Source: Lingula anatina
Taxonomy: Eukaryota; Animalia; Brachiopoda
Direction: 5' to 3'
Assembly (NCBI GenBank): GCA_051362555.1
Contig: CM120649.1
Coordinates: 17,002,567 to 17,066,566 of the forward strand
Length of the DNA: 64,000 nucleotides
Part shown: piece after piece, positions 27,816 through 41,551 of the stretch
How positions within the stretch are numbered: position 1 is the first letter of the stretch
Layout of the letters: every line of letters begins with the position of its first letter
Notes under the pieces: generated by a model
Database searches by the model: none
The model's input: the letters and a program-made list of their open reading frames with translations, nothing else
What the model was told of the DNA's origin: nothing
Made by a program: the position numbers and the translations under genes

Positions 27816-30800
27816 ATGGGGAGCTGGTTTGGAGTAAACTGTAGAGAATTTCTGTATTTATTCCTGATCGTTTTGATCGTCGTGGATCTGGCAGTAGCGG
27901 CGGTGAGTGCTTTTGACTTGATTCAAGCTTATTGTAAGAGCTTTACTTTGAGTTGGTGCCCTTAATCGTTAGCTTCATCCAGAATAATATCAGGAAAGTG
28001 TTTCCTTTATTTAGTGGAGTTTGCTGATCGTAAAATTACACGTTCGTGAAATGCTGCAAGAGAAACTGCCGGCAGAAAAGTATAGGCAGTTTCGGATGCA
28101 GTTGTGCTCAACATACTAGCGGTATAGGCGGGAGTGACGTAAATCAACCTCGCCCGCTCACTTTCATTTACATTTTTAGAAAGGGAACTGGTCTATCGTT
28201 TTTCATTGTAGTAAACTGTAGGTTAACTAAGGATGGGTTATTAGAAAAAGTTTTAATAATAAATAATAATAATAATAAATAGTAATAATTAATATTTATC
28301 ATGAATGAGTGATTTCAAAAGAATTAGTATTATAAAATGAGATAAACTAAATATAGTACTTCCAGAATTTTCCCATATTTTCCATTGGAGTGCCCTTCCT
28401 CCTCCCCCCCCCCCCCCAAGCAGGGGAAGCTTATTTTTGTCAATTTTTAAGACTGCCTTTATTTTTAGAAATGTTATTTTTTTAGATATTTTATTTTAAC
28501 ATACCAATGTGTAAGTTAACATACAGAAAGCAAACCAAAGAAGCCCTGGTGAAGCCATGTCCCTTTGATTCTTCATTTGTTTTACATGTCAAAGATCCAG
28601 AATCACCCTGTGCATCTGTAGGGCTTCTTCCTCATATGAAAATTTGCAATATATCTTTTTACTTTTTTAAGACTTTTTTGTAAGGATTCAGATTTTGTAT
28701 TTTGATAAATTAATCAATTTACCATGGAACAAAAATAAGGCTTCGTTCACATGCAATGTCTATTTTCTAATTTCTATTTTCTATTTGCGCTATCTTATGA
28801 TCACGGTCTGTGCCCTGAATATCCCGCCGCGTAATTACTGGCAGCGCGAGCCAGTTACTTATAGTAACTTATAGTAACTGGCTCGCGCTGCCAGTAATTA
28901 CGCCGCGGGATATTCAGGCCACAGACCGTGATCATAAGACATACCGCAAATAGAAAATAGAATTTAGAAAATAGACATTGCATGTGAACGAAGCCTAAGT
29001 AAATAATAGTCAGTGCACTCGTTAGGATTTTTCTAAGGGAGTACCGTACCCCTTGCCCAAAAAAAGAAGGGGTAATTTTCAAAATGAAGGGGTAAAATTA
29101 AAAAATGCTCATCAAGGTGTAATTTTGTGTATTAAGCCTAACTGCTTCCTTAGTAAAGTTTTTTAAAAAAATAGGTCAAACAAGCGCTCTGTAATAGTTT
29201 GGAGAGGGAGAGATAGAGAACGGCGCCAAAATGTCTGGACACTGACAAGTAGTCACCCAGTATCCGTCTCTGTCAAACAAGCATTTTTTAGTATACTATT
29301 TGAGAAGGGACACAAAATTTACATATTTAGCCATTTTAATCAATCAAAATGTTCATACTTCTTACTCTTCCTAGTGTTTCTCCCTAAAATTGATGCCGAC
29401 AAAAAGTAGGTCAAGTCGGGAACATTATATATAGGCACCCGTCGTTTTTAAGTTTTACTAAATTGTTTATAAAAATTAAACCTTTGCTTTCAATTTGTAA
29501 ATAATTACTAGAAATATTATTTCACAGTTTGTTGAAAGATAATTTTTATTTATGTTTGTTAGCGCAGCACTTCAAGTTCAACTGTTTTCTAAGCTGGCCA
29601 AATCTGGAGCTAGCCGGTTGCTGCAAACCACTTTGTTTCCAACCGGCAAATGACTGCCAATAATAAACGATCTATTTTGTCTGTGATAATAAATTTTACA
29701 CTTCAAATTTTCCGGGCAAGCGAACAGCCGAAAGTCACTTGCGTTTCCGGGCAACTACCAGCTAAATTTTAGTTGCCCGGCTGATAAAACTAGTTGCGAA
29801 ACGCAACCATCGCAAGTAGGTATGTCGGACTCTGAAATCTATAGTAAATAACATTGCCTACCTTGCATGACAAAACCTTTTAATTGACTGTTGTTTTTTT
29901 CCTTTGCCTTTCCTTTTTCTCGTCATTTTGTCATCATTGGTAATCAGCAGAGCTGGAAATTCTCGGTCGCCCGCTCGTCAAATGCGACTAAAAATTTATT
30001 CTGACGACTAAAACTACAAAAGTCACAAGGGTTACTGGCCTAAAGTATTTGGTCTGGGCGAGTGATTTAAATTGGTCCTAAACGTATGGTTGCTCAATTA
30101 AAATGTTGAACAATTATGTGAATAAAAAAACGATCATTTCATCGTTGTTCATACCTTGTTTATACTAAAGAGAGGCACACGTGCTTTGACCTAAAACTTG
30201 CATATTATGACCAATCAGAGAAGATTACGTCATCCTCTGCGGGTCAGTGAAAGAAGAAGCATGTTTTAGTCGGGTAATTCAAATATCTTAAGAAAAAAAT
30301 GAGACACTTGGGAATCAATTATGACATTTTCAACATGAGTCTGACCGTCAACAGTCAACGGACTGGTCAACTTCGCCGATCTTCAAAGCCAAAGGTGTGC
30401 GTATTCGTACGCGCTGGGGCTCCAGCCAATGCGTAAAAACAGCAAAACAACGCGTAATTACGCACTCTCATACGCTAACGAGTTTACTGAATAGTGATTA
30501 TTTAGTAAATAAATAAGAAAGTCAGATTAACATATTGAAGTGTCTGAGCCCTTTCTTTACCGAGGGATAAAATATGTTATAATGCAGTGAGTGATTCACT
30601 GGGAATACCTTTAAGACCTTCTCTACTAGGTAAGCAAAGGGTTAAACTGGCTTGAAATAAGATATGCTTTACATTTCACAGAAACATACTTTAAAAAAAC
30701 TATAACAGCTTATTTTTCGTCTCAAATGATATTTGTAAGTGTTAAAACAAGACTATTTTAATTAACATAAAACTTTGAAAAAAAATGTTAATTGAAAAAT

Positions 30801-32335
30801 TTCTTCAGAACTAGCAAGAGCCAAGCACATATCGCTGTTATGTTAACTGTAGTCAGACTGCATCTGTGTTAACTGTAGTCAGACTGCATCTGTGGTTTGA
30901 TGACATCATGATTTTTAAAAGAAACAATCCATGACCTCTTATTATGGAAAAGTGTGTAAGCTGCAGAAGGTTTTGATAAAACTCTGGTGTGAACCCAGCA
31001 AACTGAGTAGATACCAATTGGCTCAGGTAGATAGATCTCTTCATGGCAAAGATATTTCCTCACTAGATGGAGGCCGCCATGACTAAATTTGGCCAGAGTG
31101 GTCAAAAAAGAAGTCCCTGAAGTATAATTGTGGTAAACGAAAGAAACAAATCTGATCTGAATAAAAACTTAACTGAGAAGTTGAATTTTGGATGGGATTC
31201 TAGATTATTGCCAGTTTTTTCTTTCAGAATTTGTACCCCAAGACTGGGAATTTTACATAACTTCCCATTTTGTAATTCCAATGAAAAAAGACAAAAATAA
31301 GTCCACCTGTTGTTTCAGGGGATTGCATAATTACACAGTATAGAAGGATTTGGGGAAGAAAAGTCGTCTCAGATGACGGATGTTCATTTATTTGCTGAAC
31401 TGATAACAGACATGGAAAGCTTATACCTACAGAACTTGGTTTGTAGGAGGGGGCAAAGGTCAACTTTTATTTATTTATTTTACACCCACCATGTTTAAGT
31501 ATACAATTTTTTTCCTCAGGATTGGCTTTTTCTTACCTTTTTGTTAAAACAAGTTATTATACTACTCCAGCCCTCACCCCAAGATCTGTCAAACACTACA
31601 CTCACTCTTAGTGGCAGTTTTCTAATGGAGGAAAAATAAATTTAAAAAGAATACTCTTAAGATCTATGAATATCCCCCTTTTTTAAATTGCATAGAATAA
31701 GACTTATTCCAGTTTTGTGGATTTATATGCAGGAAGCTAATTTGTACCATGATGGGCTAATAAGAGGAGATAATATCAAAACATACAAAAGGAAGCAAGG
31801 CAATAACTTACACAGTTAGTAACCCCCCTCGGTAATCCTCTTTTAATGAGGATGTTTATGTTAAAGTTTGTGTATCTAGTGTGTTACCTGTCCTCTCAAT
31901 TCTCTGGTGTCAGGAAGTTAACTGCCTGTGATAATTAGTCCTTTGTGGCTGTATCAATAGGTATGAAAGAGTGTGAAAGTTTTGACCACATCTTGATATT
32001 TGTACAAACAATGTGACATATGTCTTCCCTGGAAACAATAGGCATCCTCTGTAATGATAAAACCTAGGAAAATAAACAAAAGTAGTAATACTTGGGATTT
32101 TAAAGCTAGTTGCTGTTTTCTGCACATTTAAGCGAACAAAGTGAAATTGATGCTTTTGTTTGTTTTTTCAATTCAGATATATTGTGTGTATTTTATTTGT
32201 ATATTCATAATTATATAAATCTATTATTGCCATAATTATTGTTTTGAAATATATCTTTCTTATTCCAGCCTCAGTGCACTGGTTGTTCAGACACATGTAT
32301 TTGTAAAGGAACAAAAGGACAAAAGGTAAGAGACT

Positions 32336-32366
<31 letters not shown>

Positions 32367-35300
32367 GAGCAAGTGATTAAGAGAAATAGAAGAGATGGAG
32401 AGAGGCAAGTGATAAGGAGAGAGAGAGTTAACCAAACTTCCATCCTTTCCAATCCTCTGATTTTGCATGTGTCTGGTCAGCGTTAAATGGTCACACAAAT
32501 GTCAGTTACACAGGACAGACCGGCCAAATGCGTTCTGGGGGCACATTGATATTTTGGGGTATGAAACTCTGGCTTACTTTGATCTGCACATTTTATATAC
32601 AAATATTGTAGTACTACAACAGTGCCTTGGAGCAGTTCTGTACAGTTTCTAAACAAGAAATACTCTGTAGCAAATATAGAGCAGCAGGCAGGTTAGTTTC
32701 TAAACAAGGAAGGCACTACACAAATATAGCCTAATGAACCCTAGCAATTTGTGACCCCTAGGTTTCCAACTTGGCAGTAATCAAAACTTGCAACTTGAAC
32801 TGAATTTGTGAATGGTGTTGCTATTTTTAAAGTAATTATCTCCCCTTTGAAATCTTTTACCAAACTGTTTTTCTTGTAATTTGTCAGAGATATACAAGAC
32901 TGAAATAAAACAAATTACAAAGTGGTATGTGATTTGGTTGTTTTACTGTTTGGGCTAAGCATACCTCAGACTATTAAGTTCATAACACAAACATTCTGGG
33001 CTCTTTTTATAGTAAACAAAATGCCAGATATCATAGAGTTTGAGAAAAAAGAATTTTTGAAATATTTGGATGGAGCCAAATGTCTTTGACAATAGTTCAG
33101 AAGTTGGTAGGTAATATCAATTGCCAAATGTGTTAGGTGTGCTGAAAGTTGTGAGGCATGACAGGAAATGTGAGAGAATGCTCAAAGTGTGGTTGATGTG
33201 ATAGAAATCAAAATTGTGTTAGGTGTGACAATTTGAATTGCACATGCTAGACTATTTATATTATTTTCTAGGGTGAGGTGGGGATCCCAGGCCTGAGAGG
33301 TTCACAGGGATTGCCAGGAATCATGGGACCTGAGGGGCGACCAGGACCCCGGGGAATGAGAGGAGACCCAGGAGAAGATGGAGCCATGGGACCCAAGGGA
33401 TTAAGGGTCAGTGACTGTTATAACTGTAATCAGCTTACAGTTTCACATGTTAAATAAGAAATGATTCGCAGGTTTAGAAATATGGTAATGAAATATTGTA
33501 AAAAATTCCTTAAAAAGGCAATTTTGTACAACAAATTTTTCACTTGGATTATCTGTGATTTGAAGAGATTCTGTTCATTTGTTTTTTTTTTTTTTGTTTA
33601 TTGTAGTAGTATCCCACAACATTTAAAGAAATTAGTGATGAATTATATTTACCAAAATAATGCCTAAAATCAATGTTTCCAACATTCCAAAAAGAAAGTT
33701 GGATATATGTTATGAAATTTAATTGTGAATGATTGAAAATGGCAAATGTGAAAAAATGAGGTCATTTTCAAATGTAAAAAATTGAGGTAATAAAATATAC
33801 TAAGTGTTCAATTTTTCGACTTGAATTACCCTGTTTAGCAGACATGTTTATTACAATTATTAACACCCAGTCAAAAATTAATATTTTTCCAGGGAGACAT
33901 GGGTATGCCAGGATTCACTGGTGTTCCAGGAACTCCGGTAAGTGAACACCAAATTCTCAGTTTCCAGGATTGTGAAGACTGCAGCGATAATACATATATT
34001 CTAGCCACTTGTTGTGATGTGTCTAACTGGGTGGCAGCTTTCCCCACTGTTGTTATTTATTGGTATAGCAAAGGTTCAAGTCTGAAACTTACTCTTACAT
34101 GTGGATTTGATGACGAACTGTGTGAGGATCTGATGTGAAAATATGTATGTGAAATTTGGAATTGAGTACATTACTTTGTTAATGATATCAGATAGCATTT
34201 TGGTCACAGACTAATTAATTTTTTTAGACTGAAGATGTAAGATTGTCATTGTGATGTATAAGTGAATATCTCAAAAAATGTTTCTGATGAAAATGTAATC
34301 TTTCTCTAAATCTGATTATGATTAACATCAGTTCTAAAATATTTATACTCACCCCACAAATAAAATAAACTTGTTTATGCCTTTTTGTCACTCGGCTTTT
34401 AACATCACATTTGATAATTACCGAAAGAATTAAAGGGGCTTCACCTTATTAATTAAATTTAACTATGATTAGTCACTTAGTAGACTTTGTGAGTGAACAA
34501 AGATAGCCTGCCTCCCACCCAATTACATTGATCAATGTGTCAATGACATACCTACCCCATGGACATCATTAATGACACAGAACCCTCCCAAATCATTTGT
34601 TTTACTAGTCATAAACAGACTAAATAGATAAAGAAAGATGGCAATAAAAGTGAACTGCAAGATCTTAAAGAGGAGATAAAACCTTTGAAAGTGGCAGAGC
34701 ATTGCCTTGGGAGTGCCTAATAAAGAGAGAGAAGGAATGCTATCTCCCCTTTTTGGTGTGAAGTACAGCCACTTAAGTAGTCCAGGATAATTCCAGATTT
34801 AAACATGTCAGTATCAATTAGGGCAGGAGTCTCGGCCCACAGACAGCTGATCTGGTTCACTGAGTAGAATGCCTTTTATGCTTGCCACTTTCCAAGGGCA
34901 TGGTTTAGACAGTGCTGTTTGGATCAGCCTGTGTACGCACCTAGTGTGCTTCATCTCCCTGTGAAGGTAAAATTCACAGAAATAAACTTAAGCATTGCAC
35001 TGCAAACAGCTGTGATAAGTTTTTGGTTTTGTGTAAACAGAACTGGATTTAGAATTTTGCCACCTGATGTTATCTGGCTGAGAAACTGGACACAAGAAAC
35101 TTTGAAAGATTCTCAGAAAATAATCACAAAAAAGAAGACAAATTTCAGTCTCATCCATGGATTTTAAGAGAAAATACCCAAGGAATCTTGGTATGTTCAA
35201 GTACATGTAACACCACTTTTATAGACATGTACAATTTTAAGTAAACAAATTTTAAAATATTTTACTTATTAATACAAGATTCCTTATAAACCACTTCTCA

Positions 35301-37866
35301 TTTTATTTAAGCATGTTCATGTTTTGATTCCCTCTTCTAGTTTGTGTTCTGAAGGAGAGTCTGATATAATGTGTGAGCAGTATTAACCCAGGCTACCTTT
35401 GACTTCTGTAGAAGTTTGACCTTAGCATATCATGCCTTGCCTTAAACAGGTGCTTGCTGATACAGTAACAAGCCCCCTCACCCCATTCCCACCTCACCTA
35501 GATTCTACTCTTCACCAAAGGCCAACTGGATGACTTTTGTCCTGCAAGATATCACAATACAGCACAGAAATAACGCTACAGAGAAATAGCCACAAAAATA
35601 TTTTGTTTATCTTGCAAAAATTTTTCTCCATGCCCCTGGAAGAGTGTGTACACCTAAATTCCAATGAGGCTGTAGAGAGTGGAGGAAGCAGTGTGTTTGA
35701 TGTGGTCTGGTGGTAATGTGCCGGGTGGTCCAGGGTTAATTGTTCCCTGATGTAGCCCAGGATCACTGCTCTGGTTCCAAAGGTCAGTTGAGACTCATCT
35801 CTATGGCCCTGTTCAGAACAGATGATCTGCGGACTATTTGATCCGTGGACTTAATATGGCCGGCCCCACTTAAAAGCAGTGCCACCTAATCCCCTGATGT
35901 TCTCCCCACCTCCCACATCTCAGAGCCGAGAATTAATAGGTAAGCTCCTGCAGGGATGGCGAGTACAGATGTGGGAAGACCACACGGTGCATTTCTTTTA
36001 AGTGGGTCAGCCATATTTGATCTGTGGATCTGTTAGGCTGTAGATCAGATTGTTCTGAAAGCTCCCTATATATATCAGTGCTCTACCAACCTCTAAGGCT
36101 GTATTCCCAGACCTTTTAGATCGATCTATCCCCGCGGGGAGTCTCACTAGATTACTGTCAGATAATCTGGCTTAAATGTCCGTCCCGCCTACTACAAGCT
36201 GTAAGGGGGTAATTAACTTTCGTGTCCGCCCGGCTGACAGCTATTTAGCGTGAACCCCCAGGGAGTTAGGTTGATCTAAAGTAGATCAATCTAATCTCTG
36301 GAAATGGGGTCTAAAACACAGGGTGTAATGAACCACCCACCCCCATCCCCAGTCTATACTTTCCAAGTTTTAAATTTGTTAGGTATATTGATACATAAAA
36401 TGGCTGAAAGGATCTTGTAAATAACAGAAAACAGAGTTAGTCAAATGGAATGGATCCATAGAAATTGGATCACAGACAAAGGCAAGTTTTGGTTTATGAT
36501 ATGTTAACTGATATATTTTGAAAGGAAGAACCTGCAGGAAATTTCGATGTCATGACTTCATCAGGAAAAGTATTCAAACCACTTGAGAGATCATCTAATT
36601 TTATGGCATTAGGGTCTGTAAACCTGGTGCCAGTAATAAGAATTCTGTTTGTGTGTTGTGTAACTGCAATGTGTCTGTCAGCTGGGAGACAGTTTCTATG
36701 GCCTCATCCATTCATGATACCCAGATGATTGGCAACAGATGAGCTGCAAATAGATTCCAGAAATTAAACTGGAATGTTTTTCTAAAATTACGCAATAGTT
36801 AGCCTGGAGCTTTTGCTTTATGTTGACATTTGAGTTGAGGTTTGTTTCTACATTTCAAATTGATAAAGATGGACTTTGGACAGGAACTGAAGTCATCGGC
36901 TGAAATTTGAAAAAATGAATATCATGAATCACCATTAACTTTTCCTCCAATTTTTGCACTAAATAAAATCTGGTTAATTTTTTTAGAATGTTTTTGTATT
37001 GGCATTCCAAAAACTTCACTAAATTCAAGATCTGAGCCATGAACAATTAGCAGAAAATGATTTTTGAATATTATTTTTTTCAGGGTCTGCAAGGTTTGGA
37101 TGGACCAGTAGGAGAGCCGGGTTATCCAGGGTGCAATGGAACCAAGGTAAGGGATGAGTTTTGCTATCACTACAGCAGTCAAAATTATTACCCCCTAGCT
37201 GTTCAAGGGGGTTGGGCAGGGGCGGATCCAGAGTTATTTTTGAAAGTCTTTCAAATATTCTTTGTTGATCAGTCCTCCAATTTTGACTGTCTTCAGACAG
37301 AAAAAATTAGATTCCCGTCAGTGCAGCTTAAAGTATTCTGACTGTCTTTTGAAAGACCAAGACCACAGCCTCTGTCCGCCCCTGCTGGGTATCAGGCAAT
37401 TAAGCTGATTACACTGACTGCACTTTAGTGAGAATCTCCGTAGAGCTGGATCGATCCAGCTAGTCTGATGTCTGCAACGGGTTTTCCCTAAAAATCTATT
37501 TCTTGAAGCCTTTGCTTACTACCAAATTCATCAAATTGGAGTTCAGTGGCTGAAACTGTTTTTTTTTAATTTATTTATTGGTGAATATATTGAACAAAAC
37601 TATTTAAACTTTTCTCAGGTAACAAAGTTTTAATGATTTTACCCTATTGGGGTTGTTAGTCAAAATTCAAGGTCCTCTTGAGGAAGTCTTGTTCACAACT
37701 TTTCAGCTTATGAGCTCTAAATGATGTTTGGAATTTGAATACCTTTTGCGCACTCCACGAAGTGTAAGTGTATGTTTATCGTGTATGTTTATCCCTATGT
37801 AGGATGACGATCTGGATATTGCCTTTGTGGAATATAAACCTACTGTGCCACACAGGCACAAACACG

Positions 37867-37935
<69 letters not shown>

Positions 37936-40900
37936 ACACTGTGCCACCCACACCCCTGTATGAAATATAAAAAGAAATGAGCCTCCTTTCAGAATCACAA
38001 GCACAAGTGCCGTGTGTGGGTGGTTAACTTTGAGTCTCCAGAAAATTGAACACAAAAGCTCAGCTGTTATGCCATGTTTGATGTATTAGCTGTTTTGTTG
38101 TGCCCCTAAGGCCAAGGTTTTATTCCTAGTACAGTTCTCACACATGGTTCCTTAAAAATTTGAGTTTTTGCACTGAAGTGTTGCCAAAAAAAATGAGTGT
38201 TTTTATCTAAAAATCTTGCCATGGTTTTTAAGAACTTCTTCCCCAATTGGCTCAGGTGTTAGTTAACACCCATGAGCACATTGAGAAGTGAAAGAAATAA
38301 TATGGTCATCTTTATTTGTTTGGCAGACGTGAGTTTTTTTCCACAAAAATGTGGAATTCTGCATTTTTTAATTCAACTCTGATGGTTCCTGAGATTTGTC
38401 AATGTCTGCAATAAAATCTGGTTCTGAGGGTTTTTTTAAATTTAATTTTATTATATTTTTTAAACCTAGGCTCATGACTGGTTTGTGTAGTTAACAATCT
38501 TTAGAAAATAAAAAACTTGTGAAGGAAATGCATTCTGTATGAAACGGCACATTTGGGTCTATAATTTAGCTTGATGGATGCGAAAGATTTTGAAAAGTTT
38601 GATAAAATTATACCTTTCCAATCGAACTAAAAAATTTCAGTGTCAGAAATAAGTTTTTTTGATGTGCATAATCTTTTTGAAGATAATCGTAAGTGAAATA
38701 AGTGTACCAGTGTGCTGCATCATGCTGCTGGTGACACCTGGTGGTAAGATTCAGCATTAAGGTACACTTGAAACCCATGACATATGAGCACAGAGCTCTT
38801 AAAAAAACAGTCTAAGCATCCAGTCATGTGTTTACTCAGTCTAGCTCAGTGCAAACACACATAGAACATGTTTTCTGCAGAACAGTTCTTCAATTGAAAC
38901 AATTGTGTTTTTATTATTAATTCCGTTCTGAGAATGCTTCTGCTTTATGAAGAACATGAACTGCATTGGCGCTATTACTGGGTCTGACCTTAAGAAAGAG
39001 AAAAAAAATGGAAAAAGAAAAGAAATATTGCTGCTGGATAAATACAGTGTGCTTTTGTAATTAATTTAATGTAAAATTAAAATCATGAAATTACATAGTA
39101 TTAAATTGTAACATATGTAAAAAAATATTTTTTTTCAATAGTAACCTTTTGTAATAGAAATCCCTGAGCCTTCAGAAAAGCCAGTTATAAAAATAACTTA
39201 ATTTTGGAGCATTTTTGGCATTTTTAGGAAAATCTGACCTTCCTAACATACATTGATAAAGTTGACCCAGAAGAATATGGTGATTTGAACTTGATAGAAT
39301 AATAGTTGTTAAGTAATTATAAAAAATCACGGAGGACTACAGGGGGTTAGGACTATTGTTATCTAAGGTCTTTTTACATCAAGCATTATATCTAATTCTT
39401 CCATCTTAAGCTGTATCTCTTTAGAGGTTTTACTAAGAAATTTCCCCGAAAAGGATAAATTTGCTTTTGCAAGGTCACCATATTTGTACCAAACAAAATT
39501 GATTTACTGTGTTGACTTAGAAGGCTCTGTTTAGGTGAATTTCCTACTTAGTAACTAAACTATTTTAAGAGTTTAAAAGCTGTCAGTCTAAAAAAATATA
39601 CCACTATAGTTGGAATGCCCCAGTATAATATTAAATGTAAAAAGACCTAAATTCATTGTGCCAGAATCCTGTCAGTGGCCCCTTTACGCATATTGCTTTG
39701 ACAAGTTTTGATAAGTGCAAGAGATTGTGAAGGGGAAACATTAAGTTTGAAAATCATGAAACTATTTATCAAAAAATATTCCATCAAGAGCCGTCAGAGG
39801 ACACTTGCACAAACCTCAGATAGTCAAAGACTTGACACCTTAAATCACGTTGCCATGACAACACCATGGCAACTCAAACATTTGAACACACAAGGTGCCA
39901 TATATCAGGTAGCATGGGAGCTGGGGAAGGAATTATCATCACCTTATGTGTGAAGTGGCACAGGACCTTGTGTTAAGGTCAGAGTTAATCAGGCTAAATA
40001 TTATTGTGAACAATGTATTTTCCACTGACTTCACACACATTAGTGGTTTGAGGGTGGAAACTGGCGCTCACATGTTTACGTGTTGATGGTTTGTGTGTGG
40101 GAATGGGTACAGGGATAAATACTTTGCTAATTTCTTTTCTAGGGTGTGATGACGGATTGGTTTAAATCATTTAGTAATCTTAGGTAATGATGTATATATC
40201 AGACTGAAGGAGAACAGTTTAAGCAAATGGTGGTTTTAGTCTGTTTATCATAGCCACTGAAACTGCATCTCATTGCAGATACAGGGTGAACTTATTGCCA
40301 GCTTTTAGGTCTCATTTCCAATGAAATTTTTATTCTGCATAGATAGATTCAACTCCCTGGGGGCTTTTTTTGAATGCAATCAAATTAACAGATTTACATG
40401 CCTCCCCTTGAGTAGAATGTAGAAAAAGCTGGTGATAAAGTAAGTATGTTGGAAGCAAGAGGAGACATGTTAGTCTGTTAATTTGATTGCATTCAGCTAC
40501 AGTCCCCCCCCCCCTTTCCCTGGGAGTTGGATTATTAACCTACACAAATGAGAATGAGCCCTTAATCTGAACCTCCTGTCCTGTTCTGGAAAAGTAAAAA
40601 AAAATTAAATGAAAGTCTTCTCCCTGCCCTATGTTTATACTGTGTGCAAATGCCTCAGCCATTAGCTGTGTTTTGAAGTGTAAATTGTTTTGATAGACCA
40701 GAATAACCTGGTCCTCTGGAGAACCACAAGTGGACCACTGAGGGGTTAACAGCCCACACAGATGGCCATCAAGTTTCTAATATTAAAGTTGTCAACTACT
40801 TCAATACCAGATATCCTCCAGAAAGTTAGCTTTAACAACCTCCTTATTTCTCTTCTTTCCCTGGTTAATTTCATCCTTAATACTAAAGATTTTATGTATT

Positions 40901-41503
40901 TGTATTTAAAATGAAAAAGTAATTTGAATGTATTGATGATAATGATTTGTATAAAGAGAGGGTAATTTTTTTTTCACCTTTATTTTAGAGAACACTAAGC
41001 GAACTTCATTTCTACATAAAACATATTGTAATATTTCCTCCATTATTTCAGGGAGAGCCAGGTCTGCCAGGGTTCAAAGGTCAGCCAGGCCAGCAGGGTC
41101 CCAGGGGTATACCAGGAGTGGATGGACCAAAGGTTAGGACTCATTGATGGATGTACTTGGTTAAGATTGTGATAGAGAAGACTGATTGTGTTGGGATGAG
41201 CTGGAACACCCAGACACAATCAGATGTGCCTTGTGTGCATCTGTTGCTTGTTAATCTTTTCATTGATGATTTTAGATTGAGTTTTCAGTTGGACATTTTA
41301 CTTCCAAAGACAAGAATTTATTAGTGTCTGTTTTAAGTATTTTCAATCTAGCACAACAATTTATTTATGTCTGTTTTAAGCATTTACAATCCAGCACTTT
41401 ACATTTAGTAATGTAATATATAAATAATGCAGAATATATGCTTCATAATGAATAAAGTAAAACTGTTCATTCTCAACACTGAACAAAAGGATGATAAGAG
41501 CCT

Positions 41504-41551
<48 letters not shown>

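Noticed and set aside
28046-28282. Cys-rich ORF as a candidate 7S exon 2
   Set aside because: It has no acceptor or donor, and the true 7S exon is 32269-32325.
35700-35785. Gly/Pro-rich stretch ending in a GT donor-like site
   Set aside because: No sustained Gly-X-Y register, in-frame stops, and the flanking exons already join correctly.
36529-36570. Minus-strand CTGATGA...GAAA hammerhead-like core
   Set aside because: Stems I and II cannot form properly.
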